A stretch of 63,040 bases of DNA, filler included, from Thermodesulfobacteriota bacterium (GTDB taxonomy: Bacteria; DASVDK01), in the NCBI GenBank assembly GCA_036381125.1. It is 8 parts of 8 records of this genome, joined end to end, with 100 filler letters (N's around TTAATTAATTAA, not from the genome) between each part and the next. Parts side by side here need not be neighbours in the genome. Positions count along the whole stretch, not along the records: positions 1 to 11,896 come from DASVDK010000369.1; 7 more parts are not named here. One strand, 5' to 3'. Positions within the stretch are counted from its first letter, which is position 1. Each line of letters begins with the position of its first letter. Below the pieces are notes generated by a model. It was not told the DNA's origin. It worked only from the letters and a program-made list of their open reading frames with translations, and did not search any database. A program made the translations under genes and the position numbers. Below are positions 1 to 8,444 of this stretch, piece after piece.

Positions 1-134
1 GCGTGTTGCGCGCACTCGCGGAATCGCGATAGTATCGCGGCTGGCGTAGAGCGTCGTTTAGCCGATCGTCCTCGCGGTCGAGGGAGCGGCTTCGGCCGGC
101 CAGGGGGCAGATCTGTTTCGCACGGAGGCACACC

Positions 135-992
135 ATGGACCAGCGGATCATCGATCTGTACGACGAGTACACACATCGGCCGCTCGAGCGCCGGGTGTTC
201 CTCGAGCGTCTGGCCGCCCTGGCGGGCAGCACCGCGGCGGCGATGGCGCTCCTGCCGATCCTCGAGAACGACTACGCCCACGCGCAGCAGGTGTCCCCCG
301 ATGACCCGCGACTCGAGACCTCGCGCGTGACGTTCAAGGGGGCGACCGGCGACGTCGCCGGTTACCTCGCGCGGCCCCGCGGGGACGCGAAGGTGCCGGC
401 CGTGATCGTGGTCCACGAGAACCGCGGCCTCAACGCGCACATCGAGGACGTGGCGCGGCGCGTCGGGGCGGCCGGGTTCGTGGCGCTCGCGCCCGACCTC
501 CTCTCGCCGCTCGGCGGCACGCCGAAGGACGAGGACCGCGCCCGCGACATGATCCGCCAGCTCGACGCCGACAAGACCGTCGCGAATCTCCGGGCGGCGA
601 CGGCCTGGCTCGCGAAGCGCCCCGACACCACCGGCAAGGTCGGCGCCGTCGGCTTCTGCTGGGGCGGCGGCGTGGTGAACCAGCTTGCCGTGGCGGAGCC
701 CGACCTCGACGCCGCCGTGGTCTTCTACGGCGCCTCGCCGAAGCCCGGCCAGGTGCCGCAGATCAGGGCGCCGCTGCTCCTGCACTACGCCGGGCTCGAC
801 CAGCGGATCAACGAGACCGTGCCGGCATACGAGCAGGCGCTCAAGCAGGCGAGCAAGGACTACACCCTCTACATGTACGAGGGGGTGAACCACGCCTTCC
901 ACAACGACACGGCCGGGGCGCGCTACGACGCGCAGGCCGCGAAGCTCGCCTGGCAGCGGACGGTCGACTTCCTCAAGCAGAAGCTCGCCTGA
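135..992 (+). CDS. Dienelactone hydrolase family protein (YghX-like)
   Basis: HENRGLN, GFCWGG nucleophile motif, HAFHND; GGAGG RBS upstream. Confidence 0.9.
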   Translation: MDQRIIDLYDEYTHRPLERRVFLERLAALAGSTAAAMALLPILENDYAHAQQVSPDDPRLETSRVTFKGATGDVAGYLARPRGDAKVPAVIVVHENRGLNAHIEDVARRVGAAGFVALAPDLLSPLGGTPKDEDRARDMIRQLDADKTVANLRAATAWLAKRPDTTGKVGAVGFCWGGGVVNQLAVAEPDLDAAVVFYGASPKPGQVPQIRAPLLLHYAGLDQRINETVPAYEQALKQASKDYTLYMYEGVNHAFHNDTAGARYDAQAAKLAWQRTVDFLKQKLA

Positions 993-1082
993 GCGGGACT
1001 CGCACCGAGGGCGCCCGCACGCAGGGCTCGGGGCGCCCTCGGCGGTTGCCATCCCCTCCGCCCCTCCCGCCCGGAAGGGATC

Positions 1083-1370
1083 TTACCGGGACCGGAGGCG
1101 TCGAGTGAGAGACCAGGTCCCGGTACCTGCCGCGCGCGGTCGCCACCTCGACGCCGTCCCCCTCCTCCCGCACGCCGGTTGCCGGCTCGTCCTCGTACAG
1201 CTCGGCGCTGGCCTCGCGGGCCTTCTCGACGAGGAAGACGTCGAACCGGTCGCGCATGACCATGAGCGGGTGGAAGCCCGGGGCGAGGATCCGGGTCGGG
1301 CCATCTCGTACGCCGCCGTGGCACCCGCGGGACCCGCCACTGCCACGATCACGTCGTGGTCGATCCGCAC
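1083..1370 (-). pseudogene. Remnant of a geranylgeranyl-reductase-like FAD oxidoreductase
   Basis: GAGGAG RBS and GTG at 1370. HDVIVAVAGPAGATAAYEMAR is a degenerate FAD-binding start; another frame gives MVMRDRFDVFLVEKAREA. Most of the gene is missing. Confidence 0.6.
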
Positions 1371-1498
1371 TCGACTCCTCCTCGGCTCACAGCCGCCGGC
1401 GGGAGGCGCGGCCGAGCGTCTCGAACCCGCGCTCCCGCCACCCGCGCCGCGCGGCCGCCAGGCACGCCAGCCCACCTCGTCCGCGGCGTCGAGGCGCT

Positions 1499-2599
1499 TC
1501 AGGCGCGGCCGCTTCGCGAGGACGGCACGGCGCCGGACGCCGCGAGCGGCTGCCCGGCCCCGGGCACGAGCCTCTTGCGGATCCCGAGGGCAGCGTCGGT
1601 CTTCGCGATCGAGCGCGCGGCCTCCCGCTCGAGGCCGGTCACCGCTCGGATCGCGTCGACCGTCTCCGGGACGACGATCGCCTCGTTGTGCACCTGGTAG
1701 GTCAGGAACACCTCCTCGTCCTGGACGCTCAGGCTGTCCTCCCAGACGGCCACCTCCCAGAGGTCTCCCCGCGGCCGCCCGAGGTCGCGCGCGAGCTCGA
1801 TCACCGAGTTCAGCGCGACGACGCCCTCGGCCGCGCGCACGAAGGCCACGCGCGGCGCCTCCCGGAGGATGCCGAGCACCTCCTCCCGCGCGGCCGCCCG
1901 CGTCAGCTCCAGCATGGCGAAGTGGACGTGGCTCAGGTTGAAGGGGCCCTTGGCAGCCATGGTCACGACGGAGAGCCCGGGGATCACGGTCTGCGCGTCA
2001 GGCCCCTGGTGGCTCGGCACCGAGCGCTCGGGCTCGACGGTGTTGATGAGGCCACCCGCGTGGCTCTCCCACGGGTCGGTCCCGCGCCGGACGAGCACCG
2101 CGCGCAGCTTCCTGAGGAGCCCTCGGGCGTGGAACCCCTGGGCGACGCGGCAAAGGCCCGTCGTGTTGCACGACACCACGCGCAGCATGTCCCGACCGAC
2201 GGCGCCCGCGTAGTTGGCGCTCGCGACGAACGAGTAGCCGGTCAGCTCGTGCTTCTCGCCTCCCTGGAAGATCGCCTTGACCTTGCTGGCCGCATAGAAG
2301 TCCCGGTTCTTCGCTGCGACCTTCTTCGGCGTGCAGTCGACGACGACGTCGGCCCGCCCGAGGAGGTCCTCGAGCCCGCCGGCGACCGGCAGACCCGCCG
2401 TGGCCATGGCTGCTCGCGCCTCGGCCGTCGCCCCGTAGAGCGGGTAGCCCCGCTCGAGGGCGAGTCGGATGCGGTAGTCGGCAATGACGTCCGCCACCCC
2501 CGCCACCGTCATGTCGTCCTGCAGGGCCACCGCGTCGGCGACCCGCTTGCCGATGACGCCGTAGCCGTTCACCGCGACGCGGACCGTTCTCGTGCCCAT
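1499..2599 (-). CDS. Type II (archaeal-type) glyceraldehyde-3-phosphate dehydrogenase
   Basis: VAVNGYGVIGKRVADAV, IFQGGEK, VVSCNTTGL, PSHQGPD, VHNEAIVVPE. Confidence 0.9.
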   Translation of the reverse strand: MGTRTVRVAVNGYGVIGKRVADAVALQDDMTVAGVADVIADYRIRLALERGYPLYGATAEARAAMATAGLPVAGGLEDLLGRADVVVDCTPKKVAAKNRDFYAASKVKAIFQGGEKHELTGYSFVASANYAGAVGRDMLRVVSCNTTGLCRVAQGFHARGLLRKLRAVLVRRGTDPWESHAGGLINTVEPERSVPSHQGPDAQTVIPGLSVVTMAAKGPFNLSHVHFAMLELTRAAAREEVLGILREAPRVAFVRAAEGVVALNSVIELARDLGRPRGDLWEVAVWEDSLSVQDEEVFLTYQVHNEAIVVPETVDAIRAVTGLEREAARSIAKTDAALGIRKRLVPGAGQPLAASGAVPSSRSGRA

Positions 2600-2814
2600 G
2601 TGCGTACGCTTCCTTCCTTCTGATCATGGCCCGCGTGCTGGCCACCCGGCTGCGGCCCGCTCCCGGGCCTTGCCTCCGGTCCGGCGTGCTCGCCGTGGCA
2701 GCCGGTCCCCCGCCTGCCTGTTCCACCGCAGCCCATGCGGCCCCCGACGAACAGCCACAGGGCGCCGAGCCCGAGGAGCAGCCACACCCGGTTCGCTGCG
2801 ATCCGGTCAAACAC
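2569..2814 (-). CDS. Small membrane protein (DUF2933-like, Gly/Cys/His tail)
   Basis: GGAGG RBS and GTG; one TM helix followed by MGCGG..GCHGEH. Confidence 0.5.
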   Translation of the reverse strand: MFDRIAANRVWLLLGLGALWLFVGGRMGCGGTGRRGTGCHGEHAGPEARPGSGPQPGGQHAGHDQKEGSVRTWARERSASR

Positions 2815-3832
2815 GGCTCGTGCCTCCCATCCGCGCCTCCCACGCTGGAAGCCAGCGCGGCGCGGCGTTGATCTCGAGAGGGGTCTTGACCACCCGCTCC
2901 GGCGTACCCCAATCGCTCCAGCGGACTCCGCGGACCGGCAAGACCGCCAGCGAGTCGGCGGCGCGCGCGAGGACCTCCTCGGAGAAATTGGCCTCGCGCA
3001 TTGCGGCGAAGGCCCGCTCGGCCGCCCGGGTCTCGTCCGCGGCGCCGCCGGCTGCCGCGTCGATCCCCGCGAGGCAGGCGTCGACGTCCGGCAGGCACCG
3101 CCGCCCGAGCGCCGCCAGGGTCGCCGCGCGCGCCACGATGACGAAGCTGTTCCAGAGGAAGCCCGAGTCGAAGAAGATCCGCGCCCGCACGGCGTCCGGC
3201 TTCTCCCAGAAGGTGCGCACCCGGAAGCAGTCGGGCGCGGCCGGCAGAGGCCGGGCGGGCTCGATCCAGCCGTAGCTCCCGTCCGGGCCGTCCGGCTCCA
3301 CGCCGAGGAGCACGACGAGGTCCGGCTCCGTCCGGACGATCTCCACGGCGCGCCTCACATACGTGAGGAACGCCCTGGCGCCGCCGATGAAGTGGTCCGA
3401 GGGGAAGACGGCGACGACCGCCTCCGGCGCGCGGCGGGCCACCCGGCGGACCGGCCAGAGGACGCCCGGCCCGGTGCCCCGGCTCGCCGGCTGGAGGAGC
3501 GTGTGCGGCACGCCTGTGGAAAGCTCTCGTTCGATGTAGGCGGCGTGCGCCCGGCTCCCGACCACCAGCGTCCGCTCCGGCGCGATCAGCGCGCCGATCC
3601 GGTCGAGCGTCTCCCCGAGGAGCGTCCGCGACCCGGTCAGGGGGCAGAACTGCTTCGGCCGGTCCTCGCCGGTGATGTGCCGGGTGAGCGGCAGGAGCCG
3701 GCTCCCTTCCCCTCCCGCGAGGACGATGCCCCACACGTCGGGCAGCAAGCCGATTCCCGCCGTCGCCGCCAGGTCGCCTGAAGGACCGGTGCGGCCGGTG
3801 GGAGACGCGGTATCAGTGCATGTCGCGATCAT
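2807..3832 (-). CDS. Sugar-phosphate nucleotidyltransferase (mannose-1-phosphate guanylyltransferase-like)
   Basis: IVLAGGEGSRL, RPKQFC, PSDH, YGWIEP, FWEKP, WSDWGTP. Confidence 0.85.
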   Translation of the reverse strand: MIATCTDTASPTGRTGPSGDLAATAGIGLLPDVWGIVLAGGEGSRLLPLTRHITGEDRPKQFCPLTGSRTLLGETLDRIGALIAPERTLVVGSRAHAAYIERELSTGVPHTLLQPASRGTGPGVLWPVRRVARRAPEAVVAVFPSDHFIGGARAFLTYVRRAVEIVRTEPDLVVLLGVEPDGPDGSYGWIEPARPLPAAPDCFRVRTFWEKPDAVRARIFFDSGFLWNSFVIVARAATLAALGRRCLPDVDACLAGIDAAAGGAADETRAAERAFAAMREANFSEEVLARAADSLAVLPVRGVRWSDWGTPERVVKTPLEINAAPRWLPAWEARMGGTSRV

Positions 3833-3979
3833 GTCGAGCCCCCTTGCGTCACCGCCTGCGGCACCGGCCGGTGAAGGACCGGACCGCCGTTGCAGCGAGC
3901 CGCTCCGCGGGTCACGCCCCGCAGAGCCGTCACGTACGCAGGCCGGCCCCACCCGGTGGGACCGGCACGCGGGGGATCG

Positions 3980-4270
3980 CTAGCGCCTGAGGGGGATGGT
4001 GCGTGGAGACGCGATGATCTCGACCGACGCGCCTGGCGAAAGCACCGCGCGGGAGGACGACGGCAACGCGAGCCCGCCCCACGCGTGGGGAAGCGCCACG
4101 GCCTCGAGGACGGGCGCCGGGGTGAGCAGGGCGTCGCGTGCGCCGTCGCAGTGACCGATCTCCGCCTCGCCCCGCGGGGCATGGGCGCTTGCCGGTTCCG
4201 CCGAGAGGACACACAGGACCCCGCCGGCCAGAAGGGCGATCCCGATGATGAGGAGAAGGGTCGTTCGCAC
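3980..4270 (-). CDS. Small exported or membrane-anchored leader-type protein (DUF2946-like)
   Basis: GTG start 12 nt after a sigma54 motif; hydrophobic N-terminus ending in Cys, ASAH, CD, C-terminal PLRR. Confidence 0.6.
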   Translation of the reverse strand: MRTTLLLIIGIALLAGGVLCVLSAEPASAHAPRGEAEIGHCDGARDALLTPAPVLEAVALPHAWGGLALPSSSRAVLSPGASVEIIASPRTIPLRR

Positions 4271-4282
4271 GCGGTTGGGATC

Positions 4283-4299
4283 TGCAACGCGGGTGCCAG
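4283..4299 (-). promoter_or_regulatory. Sigma54 (-24/-12) promoter
   Basis: Minus strand reads CTGGCACCCGCGTTGCA, matching YTGGCAC-N5-TTGCA with GG-N10-GC spacing. Confidence 0.75.
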
Positions 4300-4429
4300 G
4301 GCGCATCTCGAGTCCGGGCGGGACATGGCCTCCGATGGGCGGCGCCGCGCCGCGGCCTCGTTGCCCCAGGTGTCCCACCGGCGCCCCATCGGCCTCCATC
4401 CGCTCGGGGTGTGCGTGAGACGGCGCCGG

Positions 4430-4870
4430 TGATCGGGTGACGTCCGGGCGCTCCTCGGCGGCGTGCCGCTCCTCTTCGGCGAGGTCCTGACGCGGGGCCG
4501 CCTCGCGGGTCGATGCGCTCACCGCCGCCTGGCGGTACGTGCTCGGCGGGCTCGCGCTCCTCGCCTGGTCGCTCGGGGTGGAGGCTGTCGACCGGGTCGT
4601 CTGGTCGCCACGGTTCGCCGCCGGCCTGCTCTTCCTCGGCGTCGTCGCCCCGGCCGGGGCGTCGTGGGTCTGGTACCGTCTCCTTCGGGACGGCGAGGCG
4701 ATCGCGCTGAGCGTGCTCACGCTCCTGACCCCAGCCTTCTCGCTGCTCCTCGCGGTGCTGGTCGCCGGCGAGCGACCCGGCGCCCGCGTCCTGCTCGGCA
4801 TGGCGGTCGTGCTGGTGGGCGCGGTTGCGGCCGGCTGGCCCCGCTCTGCGCGCCGCTCAGGCTGTAAGCG
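4430..4870 (+). pseudogene. EamA/DMT transporter C-terminal remnant
   Basis: LLFLGVVAPAGASWVWYRLL..SVLTLLTPAFSLLLAVLVAGER..GMAVVLVG. N-terminal half is missing and the frame runs on into the next gene; boundaries approximate. Confidence 0.6.
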
Positions 4871-4952
4871 GCCCTCCTCCGCGTCTTCGCTCCAATCCGT
4901 CGTGAACAGGGCCGGCGAGACCCCGTCTCCGGCCGCACAGGGAGGAACCGCC

Positions 4953-5105
4953 GTGGGCGAGTTCCTGCAGAGCTACGCGTTCTTCATCCTCATCGCCGGG
5001 CTCATGCTCCTCTGCCATCTGGGCCACGGAGGCCACGGCGGCCACGGGGAGGCCGGCCGGAAGGACGACGATGCGGGGAAGGACGACGGCGGAAACCGCC
5101 ACTGA
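4953..5105 (+). CDS. DUF2933-like small His-rich membrane protein
   Basis: GGAGGA RBS and GTG; TM helix then CHLGHGGHGGHG. Confidence 0.7.
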   Translation: MGEFLQSYAFFILIAGLMLLCHLGHGGHGGHGEAGRKDDDAGKDDGGNRH

Positions 5106-5114
5106 GGGAAAGCC

Positions 5115-5390
5115 ATGCACACGCTGAACTGGAAGGTCATGACCTGGTCGCTCGGCTCGTTCGCCGCCGTGACGTACCTGGTCTGCATCCTCTACGGTCT
5201 CGTCGTCCCGCAGGCACTGCACATGGCGGAGTTCCTCGAGATCGTCCTGCCCGGCTTCCGCTGGCTCACGCCGGGGGCCTTCGTGCTCGGCCTCGTCGGG
5301 AGCTTCCTCTACGGGGCGTACGCGGGGCTTGTCTTCACTCCGCTCCACAACGTCTTCGTGCGTCGCTTCGCGGCAGCGAAGCGAGGCTAG
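5115..5390 (+). CDS. DUF5676-like membrane protein
   Basis: Two TM helices; YLVCILYG, LPGFRWLT, GLVGSFLYG. Confidence 0.7.
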   Translation: MHTLNWKVMTWSLGSFAAVTYLVCILYGLVVPQALHMAEFLEIVLPGFRWLTPGAFVLGLVGSFLYGAYAGLVFTPLHNVFVRRFAAAKRG

Positions 5391-5392
5391 CG

Positions 5393-5776
5393 ATGCACCC
5401 CAGGCAGCAGGGGTTCTCGCTCTGGTACGTCCTGGCGGACTTCGCCGTCCTGGCGGCGCCGCAGCCGCTCTTCCTGCCGCCGGGCGGCTCCTCGCCGCGA
5501 GCGCCGTACAGCGAGGAGACGTCGCGGGTGATCGACCGGGAGGTGCAGGCGCTCCTCGAGGCGGCGCACGGCCGGGTGCGGGAGACCCTGACGGCGAGGC
5601 GAGGCGTGCTCGAAGCGCCGACCGTCCTCCTGATCGAGCGCGAGGCCGTCGACCGCGAGGCGCTCGCGCGCCTGCTCGCGTCCCCGGAGCCCGCGCGGGC
5701 GGCCTACAACGGGAGACAGCGATGGACACCGCGGCGCAGACCGGCTTCTGGGAGCTGGCGGCGATCATGGTCGTGA
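5393..5776 (+). pseudogene. ftsH: Internally deleted FtsH protease remnant
   Basis: FtsH-type N-terminus (QQGFSLWY) joined directly to the M41 C-terminus (PYSEETSRVIDREVQALLEAAHGRV..LIERE); no AAA domain or HExxH. Confidence 0.7.
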
Positions 5777-6392
5777 TCGCCTCGTGGATCCTCTACCGGT
5801 ACGTCGCGCCGAAGGGGTGGCGGGAGTGGAGCTGGGCCGGCCTCGTGCAGGCCTTCGTCATCGCGCTCTACGCCGAGATGTACGGGTTCCCGCTCACGAT
5901 CTACGTGCTGACGGGGTTCCTCGGGATCGACATCCCGCAGCTCCACGGCAGCGGCCACCTCGTGGCGACCCTCCTCGGCGCCGGCGTCTTCGGCCAGACC
6001 GTGGAGATGGTGGTCGGCTACGGCTTCCTCTTCCTCGGCGTCTCGCTCCTCGTCGGGAGCTGGCGCGAGGTGTACCTGGCGAGCCGGGCCGGCCGGCTCG
6101 CCACGGAGGGCCTCTACGGGTCGTCCGCCACCCGCAGTACCTCGGGATCTTCGTCGCGCTCTTCGGCGAGCTGGTCCACTGGCCGACGATCCCGACGCTC
6201 GTCCTCTACCCGGTGATCGTCTGGGCCTACGTCCGACTGGCGAGGAAGGAGGAGGCGCGGATGCTCGAGGCGTTCGGCGACGAGTATCGGGCCTATCAGG
6301 CGCGGGTGCCGAGGTTCGTCCCACGATGGGGCGAGTGGCGGCGGCTCATCGACGAGACCCGGCCGCAGGCCGGGGACGAGACGCAGGCCTGA
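5722..6392 (+). pseudogene. Isoprenylcysteine carboxylmethyltransferase family protein, frameshifted
   Basis: ALYAEMYGFPLTIY..LATEGLYG, then a frame change near 6120 to VVRHPQY..EEARM..FGDEY; one G missing from a G run (mutation or sequencing error). Confidence 0.8.
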
Positions 6393-6417
6393 GCCTGCAC
6401 ACCAGGGAGGCACAGAC

Positions 6418-6920
6418 ATGCGCAGCGTACGGATCATGGTCCTCGCAGCGGCCGCGTGGCTGCTCGTCCCCGCGGTGACGATACTGGCCGCGGTTTCGCC
6501 CAGGGTGTACGTGGCGAACGAGGGGTCGGACTCGGTGTCGGTCGTCGACCCGGCACTCCGCCGCCAGCTCACCGTCGTGGAGGTGGGCGAAAGTCCCCAC
6601 AACGTCCAGGTCTCGCCGGACGGCACGCTGGCATGGGTGACGAACGAGGGCGCCCGCGAGAAGGACGAGGCGCACGAGGCAATGTCCGGCGCCGAGCACG
6701 GCGACATGGCCCGGCGGGGCGAGATCTGGGCGATCGACACCGAGACCAACGCGGTCGTCGCGAAGGTCCCGGTTGGCAAGCATCCCGCTCACGTCGTCCT
6801 CGGCCCGGGTGGCCGGTACGCCTACGTGACGAACATCTACGGGGGCACGCTCTCGATCCTCGACGTGGGGCGCCTCGAGGTCGGGGCCACCGTCCCGGTC
6901 GGCGAGGAGCCGAACGACGA
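6418..6920 (+). pseudogene. YVTN/YncE beta-propeller protein, 3'-truncated
   Basis: Signal peptide; VYVANEGSDSVSVVD, WVTN and YVTN repeats; similarity ends near 6915 and the ORF runs into unrelated sequence to 7104. Confidence 0.65.
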
Positions 6921-7121
6921 CGCGGGACATCAACGACCCTGGCGCGCCGGCGAGTCAGGCCTACCGGGAACGGCTGGTGCTCGCCGAAGGGGGTTACACA
7001 CCTCACGCGATCGTCGTCGAGGACGCGGGGCGAGTTTGCGTCCGCCTGCCAGATGGGGGATGCGTCCGCGGGAAGGTCGTAGTGGAATGAGTCGTCAACC
7101 GTAGCGCAAAGGAGGTCATCC

Positions 7122-7340
7122 ATGAGACACGCACTCGCGATCCTGGCTGCCCCGGTAGTAGGCGTGGCAGCCGTCTCGTATGCGCAGCCGCAGCCGTCGC
7201 CGCAGCCGGCGAGGCCCGGTGGGGGCCCCGGGATGGGTCCCGGCGCGATGGGCCCGGGAGCGATGGGCCCGGGGATGATGATGGCCGACATGTCGAGGAT
7301 GATGGAGCGGATGGCCGAGATCCTCGGCGCGCCGAAGTAG
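7122..7340 (+). CDS. Small exported Met/Gly-rich protein, possibly metal-binding
   Basis: AAGGAGGT RBS; signal peptide; GPGMGPGAMGPGAMGPGMMM..MSRMMERM. Confidence 0.65.
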   Translation: MRHALAILAAPVVGVAAVSYAQPQPSPQPARPGGGPGMGPGAMGPGAMGPGMMMADMSRMMERMAEILGAPK

Positions 7341-7344
7341 CACC

Positions 7345-7586
7345 GCAACCGCCATGGTGGCCGCGGTCGGGCCGAAGGGGCGCGCTACGTCCGCGCCGCT
7401 CTCGATGAGCGCCGCGCGGAGCCGCCTCGCGGCCTCGACGAAGGCGTCCGGTGCCGGTTTGCCCGGGAGGTCGAGCCGCTCGCGCCCGAGGCCGTCGACC
7501 TGGGCGTCGAACAGGCTCGTCAGGACGCCGTCGAGGTCGAACAGGAAGGCATCGGCCTCCGCCAGGTCGATCACGTAGCCCGCCAT
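7345..7586 (-). pseudogene. Beta-phosphoglucomutase-like HAD hydrolase remnant
   Basis: FLFDLDGVLT joined to LFDAQVDG..GKPAPDAFVEAA..GADV with intervening segments deleted; lies downstream of the GH65 and USP genes. Confidence 0.7.
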
Positions 7587-7598
7587 GGTCGCCGCCCC

Positions 7599-8444
7599 CT
7601 ACGCCGCCACGCGAACGACGAGGATCGGACAGGACGCGCCGCCGACCACGGCCCGCGCCGTCAGCGCCCGGCCCGGCTCGAGGACGCCGCGCCAGGCCAG
7701 CACGATCAGGTCGCTCGCCTCGCGGGACGCGAACTCGACGATCGCCCGGCCCGCTTCCCCCGCCGCGAAGGAGAGCCGCATCGGCACCTCGCCCGGCGGC
7801 CGGCCGATTGCCCGGAGCCTGTCGAGGAACTCCCTCGCCCAGGCGGGCCACTCGTGCTGCGGCTGGTCCAGGTAGCGGGGTGCTGCGCACGTGCCGGGTT
7901 CCCCGGGAGGCTCCGAGCCCGGCACGGCGACGTGGAGCACGGTCAGCTCCGCCCCCGCCCGGCGGGCGAGCTCCGCTGCGGGGGAGAGGGCGGCCGCGCT
8001 CGTGGGCGTCCCGTCGTGAGGCAGGAGCAGCCGGCGCAGCGTCCAGGGGCGCGGACCGCGCTCCGGGTGTACGAGCACGACGGGGCAGGCGGCGGTCCGC
8101 AGCACCTCGCGGGTGACGCTCCCGAGCGCGCCGCGAGGCTTGTCGAGACCGGTGTGCGTGCACATGACGATGAGCGCGTGCCGCCGGGACGCGGCAAGGT
8201 CGACGATCGCGGCCGCGGGCGAGCCGGTCGCCTGGTGCAGCACCGAGCCTTCGAGCTGCTCCGATGTCAGCTTCAGCGGCTCCAGCATCTCGCGAGGCGG
8301 CCGCGGCCGAACGCCGACGTGGACGATGCACGGCGTCGACCCGAGGAGCGCGGCGAGCCCCCTGGCCACCGGGAGGGCGGCGGTAGCGTGCACCGTGCCG
8401 TCGAGCGGGACGATGACGGCTGGCGCCAGGGTAGCCGGTGTCAT
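7599..8444 (-). CDS. Universal stress protein (tandem USP domains)
   Basis: IVPLDGT, ALIVMCTH..LGSVTREVLR..CPVVLV, LLPHDGT, DLIVLAW..CPILVV; ATGA overlap with the GH65 stop. Confidence 0.85.
   Translation of the reverse strand: MTPATLAPAVIVPLDGTVHATAALPVARGLAALLGSTPCIVHVGVRPRPPREMLEPLKLTSEQLEGSVLHQATGSPAAAIVDLAASRRHALIVMCTHTGLDKPRGALGSVTREVLRTAACPVVLVHPERGPRPWTLRRLLLPHDGTPTSAAALSPAAELARRAGAELTVLHVAVPGSEPPGEPGTCAAPRYLDQPQHEWPAWAREFLDRLRAIGRPPGEVPMRLSFAAGEAGRAIVEFASREASDLIVLAWRGVLEPGRALTARAVVGGASCPILVVRVAA

Noticed and set aside
6110-6125. Programmed frameshift in the ICMT-family gene
   Set aside because: No slippery heptamer; a single missing G in a G run within a decaying island, or a sequencing error, is the simpler explanation.
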